Source of the DNA: Hormiphora californensis
Lineage: Eukaryota > Animalia > Ctenophora
Assembly: GCA_020137815.1 (NCBI GenBank)
Contig: CM035361.1
Location: 124,001 to 188,000, forward strand
Length of the DNA stretch: 64,000 bases
Direction: 5' to 3'
Below the pieces are notes generated by a model. It was given only the letters and a program-made list of their open reading frames with translations. It ran no database searches and was not told where the DNA came from. This document shows positions 23,652 through 35,663 of the stretch, in pieces (the first letter of the stretch is position 1; every line of letters starts with the position of its first letter). A program made the position numbers and the translations under genes.

Positions 23652-26645
23652 TCATCCGAACACCTCTTGTGCTGCGTAGGTAACGTATAAAAATCCATCG
23701 TCTTCTCTGTACATTTCATATACCTTGGGAGAGACATTTCATTGGAATGTGTTGATCTAAATACCGAAGATCAAGGCACAAAACTCAAGTATTTCTGCTT
23801 ATTTATATTGTATATGATTATTTTGACAGATTTAACCCAATTTACCTCAGACATGCTCATAGAATGGGCAAGGATTGATTTTCCTCGAACTAGAAGGTAC
23901 ATTGTGTGGGATCGATCCAGAGACATACGAGTTCTAGAATAACAGTATATTATTAGTTAGTTACACTTGAAAATAAAATGAATTGGTCTGAACGGGAGAG
24001 TCTAACCAAGAATTGGAGAAATCGATTCGGGTGTAGACAATAATAATAACGGATTTTTTATAGGTATTGACATCGCCAAATATGTTTGTTTAACAAATAA
24101 TTCATTTACCTGAGAATCAGTTGAAATTGCCTCAAAGCCAGCTCACTCGGAACCAGGAACTTGGATTTGGACAGACTGAAACATAAAGTATAGTTCAATG
24201 AAGAGTTTTTACAAAACAAACAACTTCAAGCACTGAACCAGTTTAACACAGCGGTCCAGTCACCCCATCCAAAGAAGTGTGTTTCAATTTACTTGACTGA
24301 TAAAATATAATTCAATGAAGAAAGAAAGATGTATGTGAGAAAACACACATGCATGCTACAAGGGGAGCTATAAGAGGATGATGTAACATATATTAATATG
24401 ACGTCATATCATGGATGATCTAATAGGAGACATGTTTGTGCAAGCTGAAATATTGTTCTGAAGGATCCAAGCTTTAAAATCACATTACTTACCGTGGCAG
24501 CACTTTCTCTTTTGCATATCGTTCCACTATTACCTGCAACAAAGTTGTACAAGAGAGGGATCAGAGGGTGTATCATGTGACATCACGTGCCTGCCATATT
24601 TGGACACGTATCACGTGACTAATGACCATACATGGGCATGTGGGGTTTACAACTCCGATAGGAAGAGAGAAGTACTTGAATTTCGAGTGCCCAGATAATA
24701 TTGAGATTATGCAAAGTGTCATGAGAGACGGCATCAAGCTTCTAGCAAAGCGGACTATGTACATGTGATATTGTGTTACACGAAAATTAGCTGAGCCGAG
24801 AAAGCAAATGACTTGCTGAAGCTGATATATAACCTTATTTTGTGAAATTTTAGACCTAATTAGGTAACTTAAGTAACTGAATGTTTTACACACAGTGTGA
24901 AACCTGGAGAACACTTGGGGCAAACTTTGTGAGGGTCGATAAACAATGTTTTGACTTGGTTTGGTTCGGATTATTCATCAGTCAAAGTGTGTGTTCCGAC
25001 CTAGTATCTTGAACTATTCACTGTTTTTCGTGAGTAACTCCGTGTCCAGCGAATCAAGTACAATCTTGTTTTGTTTAAACCCTTTTTATTTTTTGAAAGG
25101 ATAGAGAGGGTCGAACAAGTATAGTCTACTGTGAAAGGTAAAGTTCGTTGAATTTTCTCAATACAAGTAGCCTTGTTGCTAGTATAGTAGAGTCGATAAC
25201 TACATCGACCTCTCCCAATTGTTCCAGTTTTTGTCACATCTGTTTGGAGCCTCGACACGACCTCTAAACAGGTGTTACTTTTTCACAAACTGTTTTCATC
25301 TTGGTGTAATCAGCAGTTGAAATGTTGCTGATCATAACAAAAACCTGACTAAATTTTTTCAACTTGGGGTAAAACCATGGGTGTCAAAAGTTAGCTCTAG
25401 GTCCCCTGAGTAACCATCCGGAGACTCTAAGAGATATTTCAAGCCGTTCTCCCGTAATCATTAATCCCGGTGGAGAAAAAAATACAATGCGGACGTACGT
25501 GAGCGCTGGCAGGCTGTTTACATGTTATTGTATGTCTCTCACTCTCTCTGGAAAAACCGCACGTGCGGTTGCGCCGCGCGAGATAACTCTTTCTCAAGGG
25601 GGAGAAAAGAGAGAGACGCACATTAACGTTATACATTAAAGTTGAGGTTGTAGGCAATTGCACGTACGTCCATACTCAAATATGTGCTCTACCGGGATTA
25701 ATGATTACAGGAGAACGGCTTGAAATATCTCTTGGAGTCTCCGGATGGTTACTCAGGGGACCTAGAGCTAACTTTTGACACCCATGGTTTTACCCCAAGT
25801 TGAAAAAATTTAGTCAGGTTTTTGTTATGATCAGCAACATTTCAACTGCTGATTACACCAAGATGAAAACAGTTTGTGAAAAAGCAACACCTGTTTAGAG
25901 GTCGTGTCGAGGCTCCAAACAGATGTGACAAAAACTGGAACAATTGGGAGAGGTCGATGTAGTTATCGACTCTACTAGTATAGGGAAGTAGAAACGTGTG
26001 AAAAGAAGACGTACCGGTACTTTATCGGGAAACTTGTTCTTTATGTTGTAGACCTCTGCCTTCCGGGAAGCTGGAATAATGAGTAGGGTGACTTAATGTT
26101 GACTGAGAGGGAGGGAGAGGGAGAGAGAGAAATGGAATGGACGAAGGGAGAGAGGGAGAGAGAGAGAGAGAGAAAGGGTATGGACGAAGGGAGAGAGGGG
26201 TTGAATTTCATTTCGAATGTTAAATACACACACACGAACGTCAAACACACTGCAAATATGCATAACAAGTATAACATATGACACGTTACAATTTACATGC
26301 TACTACAGAACGAATAGATTCCGCATGGCAAGAGACCAAATTATAGAAACTGCATAATTTTACTGTTTACGAATAATTCCAGATTAAATATCGAGGAAGT
26401 TATTCCCGGAGGGATCATTTTAAACACACAATTAAGATCATCCCAAGATGTCCCCTTCTCTTTTTCTATGGTCCCGATAGTTCGATTGGGTTTTCCTAAC
26501 CAGACACTTTTAGAATAAGAAAAAGAACATGTCCCCTGTACATTTTACCACACAATTAAGAAGGATCATTCCAAAATGTACACTTACCGAGGGAGCGCCT
26601 CTCTTTGAAGGGTTTATACGATATCTGGTAACTGCTGCTGTTCAT
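23652..26645 (-). CDS. MAP1LC3C: ATG8/LC3-family protein (LC3C-like), 6 exons
   Basis: Exons encode MNSSSYQISYKPFKERRSL / ASRKAEVYNIKNKFPDKVP / VIVERYAKEKVLPR / LSKSKFLVPSELALRQFQLILR / TRMSLDRSHTMYLLVRGKSILAHSMSMSE / VYEMYREDDGFLYVTYAAQEVFG*. Not in the ORF track. Family is secure; the subfamily call is by eye. Confidence 0.9.
25185..25977. mobile_element. Foldback element with ~290-bp TIRs, TAG..CTA ends and 3-bp TSD gta (Academ-like)
   Basis: gta|tagtagagtcgataac ... gttatcgactctacta|gta, in an LC3 intron. Confidence 0.85.
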
Positions 26646-27879
26646 TGTTGTTGTCAATACACTACATCTTATCACAAGCTAAAACAAATTGACTTCTCAG
26701 CACAGAATGTAATAAAGTCATTTATGTATACCACTTTATAGTGTAAAATAATGGAGCACACAACAACAGCCTACGCTTGACAGACTCGCTCACTTTCAAA
26801 CGTGGTAGTTGGTACAAAAGGGCACGGTTAGAAATGGCCGTCGCCAACTACTCTTTATTTTAGAGAGCTAGCTGGAGCTGTTCTGCACTGTGATTGGTCA
26901 AAACTGGTCACGCTGAACTCGACCTGAAAATTTCCTAGGTTGCTCATAATACAATGCTCAAACTAAAGTTTGTCACAAACTAAAGATTTGTCACAATTTT
27001 CATCTGCGATATCTCTGGTTTCTGGTAAAATAGAGAATTCAAATTTTGATGTTAGGAAGCATGCTAGATGTTCGTCATTATCTCTATCTTATAAGAGGCT
27101 GGCCAGTGGAGCAATGAGCTGTAACACAAAAAGAGGCAGACAGTTTTTTCTAAATTCGAGTTTAAAAAACGTTTGGCAAATAGTGGGGATCCTTGCTCCA
27201 TCGTTGTGCGCGCCCGACGTCGGCGACCGTCGCCGACATCGGAGATTGAGCTGACAGTGGCACTCTCTCCCGCGCGCTGAGCGCTTTTTTCGCGCGGTAC
27301 GTGTTAGTTCGTTCGGACTGTTTGTGAGTGTGACTGAAAATGGATTTTGTCACCAACAGTGGCCGGTCGCCTTGGAAACTTGCAGGACACCATTGAGATA
27401 GTAAGTTAAACGGAAATATGGGACTTGAGAGTCCCAACATGGTAATACAATATAGAGCTGGCCGTGGGGAAGGTATATCATACAATGGTGTCCTATGAAC
27501 AGCAGTTAGAAAGTAGACCAATTTATCAAAACTACCGCAGTGGGTAGTGGCACTGAGCCGCAATAAAACAGAAAACATCAATGAAAGGATGGCATTTTTA
27601 GGTCAGCTCGATAGTCAAAACACTCTATAATGAAAATTCCGCTCTGTATTCTCCTTCTAATAACAGGGGTAATAATAGACATGTTCGGTATTGTTTATGA
27701 GTCCATTCACTGTTATTCCTATTCCATGTAAACAGCCAAAATGGAGCTGGATCAATACTGCAGTCAGTAGATGATATACATATATATATATACAGTGTAG
27801 GGGAGTAAAGAATATTCTGTTTCAATGTCCTGACATCACAGCATACATCACAACAGCACCCACAGGCCACAGTCGCCGT

Positions 27880-29516
27880 CATAGTAACATGTGGTGCAGT
27901 TTGTTACAGTCAACTCCAAAGTCGAATTCCGGCTCTGAGTGATCCTGGAGAGGAGGAGATGGGGTGTTAGGGCCTGGTTAATCAGGGGGTGAGTTAGGGG
28001 TGTTGGTGTGAGATAGATAGAAACTGGGGTTTCGGTTCAGATAGCAGGTGTTAAGTGATTAGATATAACATGGGCTATACCAGTACACGAGAGTGTAAAT
28101 TAGCAGTTAGGCGATTGAGAAAAACAACCTAACTGGGATTTTAGAGGATAGAGCTGGACACAAACCTTATCACAGTAATCCTCCACATCATCAGCTTCAG
28201 GTCGAGATGTGATCTCCTTATCAGTCTGGGTCATAGCTTCCAGCTGAGATCTCTTGGCTGCTGGGCCGGGCTGTTCCTCTTCAAGATCTCTTTCCTGAGA
28301 GGGAAGGGGTGTTAGAGGGTAAAAAAGAGGGTTGGTAAAGATGGGACAGTGTTCCGTGTTCGACTAATCGTAACGTTATCTGTAGAGAGAATATATGTTA
28401 TATATTATATCTGCTATCTTGGGAATAGCAAGTGTCATGTTGTTCGGGCCCCAGGGGCCAGGGCCGGGCCTACAGGGTTACTAGGAAAGTTTTATAAATT
28501 TCGGGGGGTCACCAAAAATGAAAAAAGAAGGTTGTGGAATTAATACCACCCAGGGAAGATAAACGGTTGCCAGGGATTACTATGGGCGGTTGTTGAGTAA
28601 GGGCAGGGGCCAGGGTTTATGTCTGCTAAACAACTGATAAAACCTAACATCACATTCGAGTGATCCGGTCCTGCAACACAACCACCCACAACTAGAAGGA
28701 TAGGATCACATACGCGAGATCTTATCCCGTACTACAGCTACATACAACGAAAGAGAGAGAGAGAGGAGATTGAGAGAGGCGGAGAGAGGTAGATAGAGCC
28801 AGAGCGAGAGAGTGACAGCTAGTAGCTACTGAGGGTGGATTGAGGATTCATAGAATGGTAGCTAGCAGGTAGGGTGAGAGAAAATAATTAGAGAATTAAA
28901 ATATTTTGACTTGTCATTTGTCAACTAAAATATAGAGAACTATAAAGCATAATCTACCACTGGTTGCTCTCACCTTATAATGTCGATGCCATAACCACTC
29001 GGCTGCGAACAGAGGGGCGCGACATGCAACATAACCCCTTTTCCCATCGATCACTGACAGTGATTCACTGCTTCCTTTCCTGTTCCACCTGCAGCTGTAG
29101 CTGTTGATGTATGAGATAGTAGTTATCCTCTGATGGACTATTTTTGAGAAGGACAATCAACCGTTGAACACCTGGAATTGAGTGTGTGGGTTATAGATAT
29201 GATGTCAAGAGTACTGAGTAGGTTGGCATCCCTATATCTAAATTCTCAGCATGCTGCATGAGACCCATAACGACGTTATAACCTTCGTTTAAATTTGTAA
29301 AAGAGGGCGGGCGCACGCAAAGAGGGTAGAGCCAGGGAATAACGATGAGTCAGTGTAAAATTTTGGCTGACCTCTTGAATACCACCCACCCAAAAGAGTT
29401 TAATAAATATATTTTGGAAAGCTTAAATTTGGAGTGTTAGACGATATGAGACACGATTTGGAGAAGGTTTCTCTCACTACCCAGTATCCAGTACCCACCC
29501 CTCTCTCTTTCTCCCG

Positions 29517-29609
<93 letters not shown>

Positions 29610-30970
29610 CCACTACACGCACCACTCCCACATGGGGCCGTGAGGCCCCATGCGAGAGCAGGGTTAAATCCCCCGGACCCGGATCTGAGGGCCCGGAGGG
29701 CCTGCGGAGTAAAGGTAGGGTAGGTAGAACAATGTACATACGGGTAAATTTAACAATGTACATATGGGTTAAGTAAAGGGGATGATATTAAAAAGGGGGA
29801 AGTAAAGTGGGATTAAAGCTCATGGTGACGGAGCACAAGACCACCTAAACTTTCTGCAAAGAAGCCCAATCTGCTACAATGAATTCTAAGAAGAGACAAC
29901 TTATATGGAACTGAAGAAGCAAACCGTCTGAATCTAAGGCAGCCTAGAACAAGCAGGAACGGGTTCGAGCGAAAAAAAATAATAAATTAATACAAATGGA
30001 TGATGATTACATGTCGAGCCAGAGAGGACAGCCAGCCCGTTCCAGAGAAGCCAGCTGACCCCGTTCCAGAGAAGAAAGCCGACCCCGGTCCAGAGAAGCC
30101 AGCTGACCCCGCTCCAGAGAAGCCAGCTGACCCCGTTCCAGAAAAGCCAGCTGACCCCGTTCCAGAGAAGCCAGCTGACCCCGTTCCAGAGAAGACAGCC
30201 ACCCCGCTTCAGAGAAGACAGCTGACCCCGTTCCAGTAAGGACAGCTGACCCCGTTCCAGTAAAGACAGCTAACCCCGTTCCAGAGAGGACAGCCACCCC
30301 GCTCCAGAGAGGACAGCTGACCCCGTTCCAGTAAAGACAGCTGACCCCGTTCCAGTAAAGACAGCTGACCCCGTTCCAGAGAGGACAGCCACCCCGTTCC
30401 AGAGAGGACAGCTGACCCCGCTCCAGTAAGGACAGCTGACCCCGCTCCAGTAAGGACAGCTGACCCCGCTCCAGAGAGGACAGCCACCCCGCTCCAGAGA
30501 GGACAGCTGACCCCGCTCCAGTAAGGACAGCTGACCCCGCTCCAGAGAGGACAGCCACCCCGTTCCAAAGAATCATCTCCGATGTAGAACCCTATCAAAA
30601 ATGGAAGAAGTGGGTTAGGGGGGCCAGTAGAACAAAAACAGTATTGGTTAGCGGGTTAGTGGATAAAGGGGCGTTGGGGGTCCACAGTTGGCTGGAAGAT
30701 GCCTGTTCCACTGGTAACCCTGAGCCGGAGAAGGCGGGGTAGGAACGTAATAGTTGGCGATGATACACTGTGGGCCACCTAGCCAAGAAGATGTTTTTGT
30801 ATTTTGTATTTTCTGATTTTTTTCCGCATTTCTGATACACAGCCACGCTCAGCCGCGGCCACACGGACCTGGAAATCGAACAGGGGGAAAAGGGGATGGG
30901 GAAAAAGGTACTCCGTGTGACCCCGTTGCCCGGGGGAAACCGATTGGAGGTGGTGGCAGGTGGACCAACT

Positions 30971-31015
<45 letters not shown>

Positions 31016-32000
31016 GGGGCGTGGTTTTTCTCAACAGGACCACCCTGACATAACTGACAATAACACTAGCCACAGCCCCACACAGTCACCTATATCAACC
31101 AGATCTCATCTATCCCCAACGAACTTGGATCAACCAGCAGCCACATGGTTAGGGGTGTAGTAGTAACTCTCGATTATTACTGGTCCGTTCTGATAGCGCA
31201 GTGTGAAGTCCTGAGGGGGAGGGAAAACGTGTAAAACAAGATTTTGGTATAACAGAGCTTTGACGATTAAAAAGCCTTGACAGTCAATCCTGATAAGTTA
31301 CCCTGTATAAGAACTCCTCCAGTGGAACACTCGGTGTTGTTATGGTCAACAGTAAAGGTAACAACATCTCCTATATCATCTGTTTAGTGGGATCAATAAT
31401 GAGCTACCTAACTCGTGTGGGTAGTCTGAGTGCCCTACCCCCATTTCCAATCAACTGAACCTGCAGCAGGGAGAAGGATGGGGAGATACGTATAGGCAGA
31501 GTTTTGAAATGAAAGGAAAAGAGAAAGAGAAAGGGAAAGGGAAGGGAAGGGAAGGGAAGGGAAGGGAAGGGAAGGGAAGGGAAGGGAAGGGAAGGGAAGG
31601 GAAGGGAAGGGAAGGGAAGGGAAGGGAAGGGAAGGGAAGGGAAGGGAAGGAAGGGAAGGGAAGGGAAGGGAAGGGAAGGGAAGGGAAGGGAAGGGAAGGG
31701 AAGGGAAGGGAAGGGAAGGGAAGGGAAGGGAAGGGAAGGGAAGGGAAGGGAAGGGAAGGGAAGGGAAGGGAAGGGAAGGGAAGGGAAGGGAAGGCCAAGG
31801 GAAGGGAAGGCCAAGGGAAGGGAAGGCCAAGGGAAGGGAAGGCCAAGGGAAGGGAAGGCCAAGGGAAGGGAAGGCCAAGGGAAGGGAAAATATTACTATT
31901 ACTGTAGTATTACTGCGATAATTCACCTCTAGCTTAGTATTGGTTGTGTGAGTGTTCACTGTAGTCCATGTTCTATAGCAATCCTGCCTAGCCATGGACG
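27880..32000 (-). CDS. Candidate exons of an unidentified gene
   Basis: AG/GT-bounded open segments near 31995-31927, 31460-31410, 31379-31301, 29171-29063, 28294-28166 and 27944-27880. Frames could not be joined consistently and no family was recognised. Confidence 0.3.
30021..30570. repeat. 24/23-bp minisatellite (gacagctgaccccgttccagagag variants)
   Basis: Tandem units seen directly. Confidence 0.95.
30842..30975 (-). ncRNA. HDV-like self-cleaving ribozyme
   Basis: P1 GGGGGAG/UUCCCCC; P2 GCCACC/G(C)GUGGC; P3 ACC/GGU; L3 UCCAAUC; P1.1 CC/GG; GCAAC junction; P4 GGUCACACGGA/UCCGUGUGGCC; J4/2 GG-C-UGA with the catalytic C at 30852. Confidence 0.82.
31530..31888. repeat. (GGAAG)n microsatellite with a 16-bp derived tail
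   Basis: Seen directly. Confidence 0.97.
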
Positions 32001-32539
32001 TTGTAGAAGCTTGGTCTTTATTCCTGTGTTTATCATATATCAGTTGGCACCTGGGTAGCGCAAAGATAGTTATATATTGTAGAGGATAATGTTGCGACAT
32101 TGGTGTAGAAAGATGTAAAAACAGTTGTTACTAGAATATCCTGCGATCGAGAATCTCCAAGACAACTCACTTGGTTTATGAAAAATGGTTCTGATGGATC
32201 ATTGTCGTGTCTGGGTTTTGATTCTATATGTATCAGAGGTGGTGGTTTTCAGGCAACTGTATTTTTCAAACAATGGTGCAGTGGGTGTTGTTTACTTTAG
32301 AAGCTTCAATTAATTATATTGAAAAAAGAATACACTCAAATTATTTTATGACGAAAATCTCCACTCGCAAAAGATTTCGAGAGATATCGAAATGTATAGC
32401 ACACTAGCCCAATTCGTTAAATTGAACGACAGGTAAGTGATAAATGCGGAGGAGGTACAGGTTTGCCAGTGCTCGAACGTTTCAAAAATGAAATTGAAAC
32501 ACAAGTTTTGATTATACTAAAACAATCCAAATTTCAAAA

Positions 32540-32900
32540 AGTTTCAAACTTTTCAACACTACTTTAAACAAATTAATTTGAGCCAAAATGGTTGACGATT
32601 GTGATCAAGTGGAGAAGCAGAAACGTAGACTCAAGGAGCTGCGTGATGACGACACTGCTAAGGTAAAGAGACTGATCGATGCCTACAGCCCTACTGTTCT
32701 CCACAACACTAACGTTAAAAACTGAAACGTTTTTCTGACGACACGCTAGAGCAGGCCGCGACATCCCTGGGATCGGGGAACAAGAGGTACAAATCTAAAG
32801 CTTCCCTGATTGATTGGCTCAATAATGGCCATAGAAGGACTTTTTGAACAGTTCGGCGGTGCGTGTGGGAGCTATTACACTTTAAAGAAGGTGTACAACA
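32540..32900 (+). pseudogene. SL-headed retrocopy fragment with a degraded LINE-ORF1-like frame
   Basis: SL at 32540-32582, then ccaaa and ATG at 32588: MVDDCDQVEKQKRRLKELRDDDTAKVKRLIDAYSP...; after frameshifts ...LIDWL.MAIEGLFEQFGGACGSYYTL. Confidence 0.7.
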
Positions 32901-33539
32901 CAACTAGCAAACTGCAAAACGTAGTAAACAGTGACAAATTGTTTATCCAGGCATTTGGTCAAGGCTCAAGGCTGCTCAAGCTTTTTCAAAAATATCTCTC
33001 AACGAAAAACATAAAAAAGTAGCTAAATTTTGGGTAAAGATGAATTTATAACTTTGGAATCAAGAACGGCACAAAGAAAGAACATCGAAATCGCACAGAG
33101 CTTCCGGATCGAACCTCTCAGAATCCACCGAAGTGGAAATGAAAAATTTTTGGTTTGGCTCGAGTACGGACGAACAAGTGGCAGAGCGCGCGCAAACAAG
33201 AACAAAATGCGCGGCTTGGAATTGCGCGGTCTGGAGCTGCGCTCTCCACTAAAAAATATGGAGATTTCAGATGAATTTTAGCACGCGCGCGTGAATTTTG
33301 TAATTTTGTGTGCTGCTCGCAATTTTGCAGCACTAAATGTTTTTATCGGCGCGCTACGTTCAAACCGAAAAAATATCATGATCAAGAGAGAAGGATCCTT
33401 AAAAGAGAAGGAGAATGAGACAAGGAGACAAGAAGACAAAGAGACAACGATACGAGAAGACAAGAAGACAAAGAAACAATTGGGCACGTCGCGCTATCCC
33501 GGCCCCTGTATGTAACGCGCTGCCAGTGCCATTGCCAAA

Positions 33540-35266
33540 AGAAACAAGGAGACAAGGAGACAAGGAGACAAGGAGACAAGGAGACAAAAAACAAAAAGAC
33601 AAGGATACAAAGCTAAGAGACAAGGAGACAAGGAAACAAGGAGACAAGGAGATAAGGAGGCAAGGAGACAAGGAGACAAGAAGACAAGGAGACAAAGAAA
33701 CAAGGATACAAAGAAACAAGGAGATAAGGTCATAAGGATATAAGGAGACAAGGAGACAAGGAGATAAGAAGCAAAGGAGACAAGGAGACAAGAAGAGAAG
33801 GAGACAAGGAGACAAGGTGACACGGATACGAGAAGACAAGGAGATAAGAAGACAAGGAGACAAGGAGATAAGAAGCAAAGGAGACAAGGAGACAAGGAGA
33901 CACAGATACGAGAAGACAAGGAGGTAAGAAGCAAAGGAGATAAGGATACAAAGAGACAAGGAGACAAGGAGATAAGGAGATAAGAAGACAAGGAGACAAG
34001 GATACAAGGATGCAAGGATACAAGGAGACAAGGAGGCAAGGAGGCAAGGAGACAAGGAGACAAGGAGAAAAGAAGACAAGGAGACAAAGAAACAAGGATA
34101 CAAAGAGACAAGGAGACAAGGAGATAAGGAGATAAGGAGACAAGGAGACAAGAAGACAAGGAGACAAGGAGGCAAGGAGGCAAGGAGGCAAGGAGACAAG
34201 GAGGCAAGGAGACAAGGAGACAAGGAGAAAAGAAGACAAGGAGACAAAGAAACAAGGATACAAAGAGACAAGGAGACAAGGAGATAAGGAGATAAGGAGA
34301 CAAGGAGACAAGAAGACAAGGAGACAAGGAGGCAAGGAGGCAAGGAGGCAAGGAGACAAGGAGGCAAGGAGACAATAAGGGTCACCACACACCAAAGTTA
34401 AAATTAAAATTAAAATTTTGATTTTAAACCCGCACACACCAACGGCCGTTAAAATTTCTCTCCCCCATTCTAAAAGTAACAATCTCGCGCGCGATTTTAA
34501 CGGCGTGTTAAAATTTTATCATCCAACGCGACCGTCAAAATCGTGCGTGAGATTGTTACTTTTAGAATGGGGAGAGAAATTTTAACGGCCGCTGGTGTGT
34601 GCGGGTTTAAAATCAAAATTTTAATTTTAATTTTAACTTTGGTGTGTGGTGACCCTAAGACAAAGAGAAAATGAGATAGGCAGATAAGGAGACAAGGAGA
34701 CACGGATACGAGAAGACAAGGAGATAAGAAGACAAGGAGACAAGGAGATAAGAAGACAAGGAGACAAGGATACAAGGAGATATGAAGACAAGGAGACAAG
34801 GATACAAGGATACAAGGAGACAAGGAGGCAAGGAGGCAAGGAGGCAAGGATACAAAGAGACAAGGAGATAAGGAGACAAGGAGACAAGGAGGCAAGGAGA
34901 GAAGAAGAAAAGGAGATAAGGAGACAAGGTGGCAAGGCCAGGAGGCAAGGAGAAAAGGAGATAAGGAGACAAGGAGACGCGGATACGAGAAGACAAGGAG
35001 ATAAGAAGACAAGGAGACAAGGAGATAAGAAGATAAGGATACAAGGATACAATGAGACAAGAAGACAAGGAGACAAAGAAACAAGGATACAAAGAGACAA
35101 GGAGACAAGGAGACAAGGAGACAAGGAGACACGGAGACAAGAAGACAAGGATACAAGGAGATAAGGAGACAAGGAGACAATGAGAGAAAGAGACAAGGAG
35201 ATAGGCAGATAAGGAGACAAGGAGACAAGAAGACAAGGAGACAAGAAGACAAGGAGACAAGGAGAC
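33540..35266. repeat. Degenerate 8-bp satellite (GGAGACAA)n
   Basis: Two arms (33540-34375 and 34659-35266), with a higher-order duplication in the left arm. Confidence 0.95.
34379..34655. mobile_element. PIF/Harbinger-like MITE inside the satellite
   Basis: TAA|gggtcaccacacacc ... ggtgtgtggtgaccc|TAA, with TIRs of about 110 bp. Confidence 0.85.
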
Positions 35267-35663
35267 TAGTTTTTCAAGCTATAAGCATAATACTTTCCCA
35301 CACAGGCCCGGGCAATGGGCATGATAGTAACACACACACATTTCCAAATTGTTATGTTCTAACCCTTCTTTACATTTGTAACACAGTCTAGCTAGGCAAT
35401 TTCCAAATGACAAATCAGTTTTGATTTCAGTTCCAGTTTCACTTCAGTGTCACTCCCATATTGATTTTAATATCACTATCAGTTCACAATATCGCCATTG
35501 GTTCGATACTTTCAAAATCACCCTCTATTCATTTTCAACAATTTTAGGGCCAACATACAAAATTGGTAACTTTGAAGGTCATCACGATCTCAATCAAATG
35601 TTGATCCAGATGATCAAGTTCTCTTGACAATGACATAAAGCCGATGAAGGCGAGAAGCTGTTT

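Larger units (their letters stand above)
29606..30980 (-). mobile_element. Non-autonomous Dong/R4-dependent retroelement inserted in (GA)n
   Basis: Flanked by (TC)n at 29501-29605 and 30981-31013. Its 3' ~380 bp are homologous to the LINE 3' UTR at ~7860-8249. 5' HDV-like ribozyme and an internal minisatellite. Confidence 0.85.

Noticed and set aside
31404-32100. (FPSLP)n and (GKGRE)n ORFs
   Set aside because: Translations of (GGAAG)n.
33399-35260. Leu/Ser/Pro/Cys-rich ORFs of 200-330 aa
   Set aside because: Translations of the 8-bp satellite.
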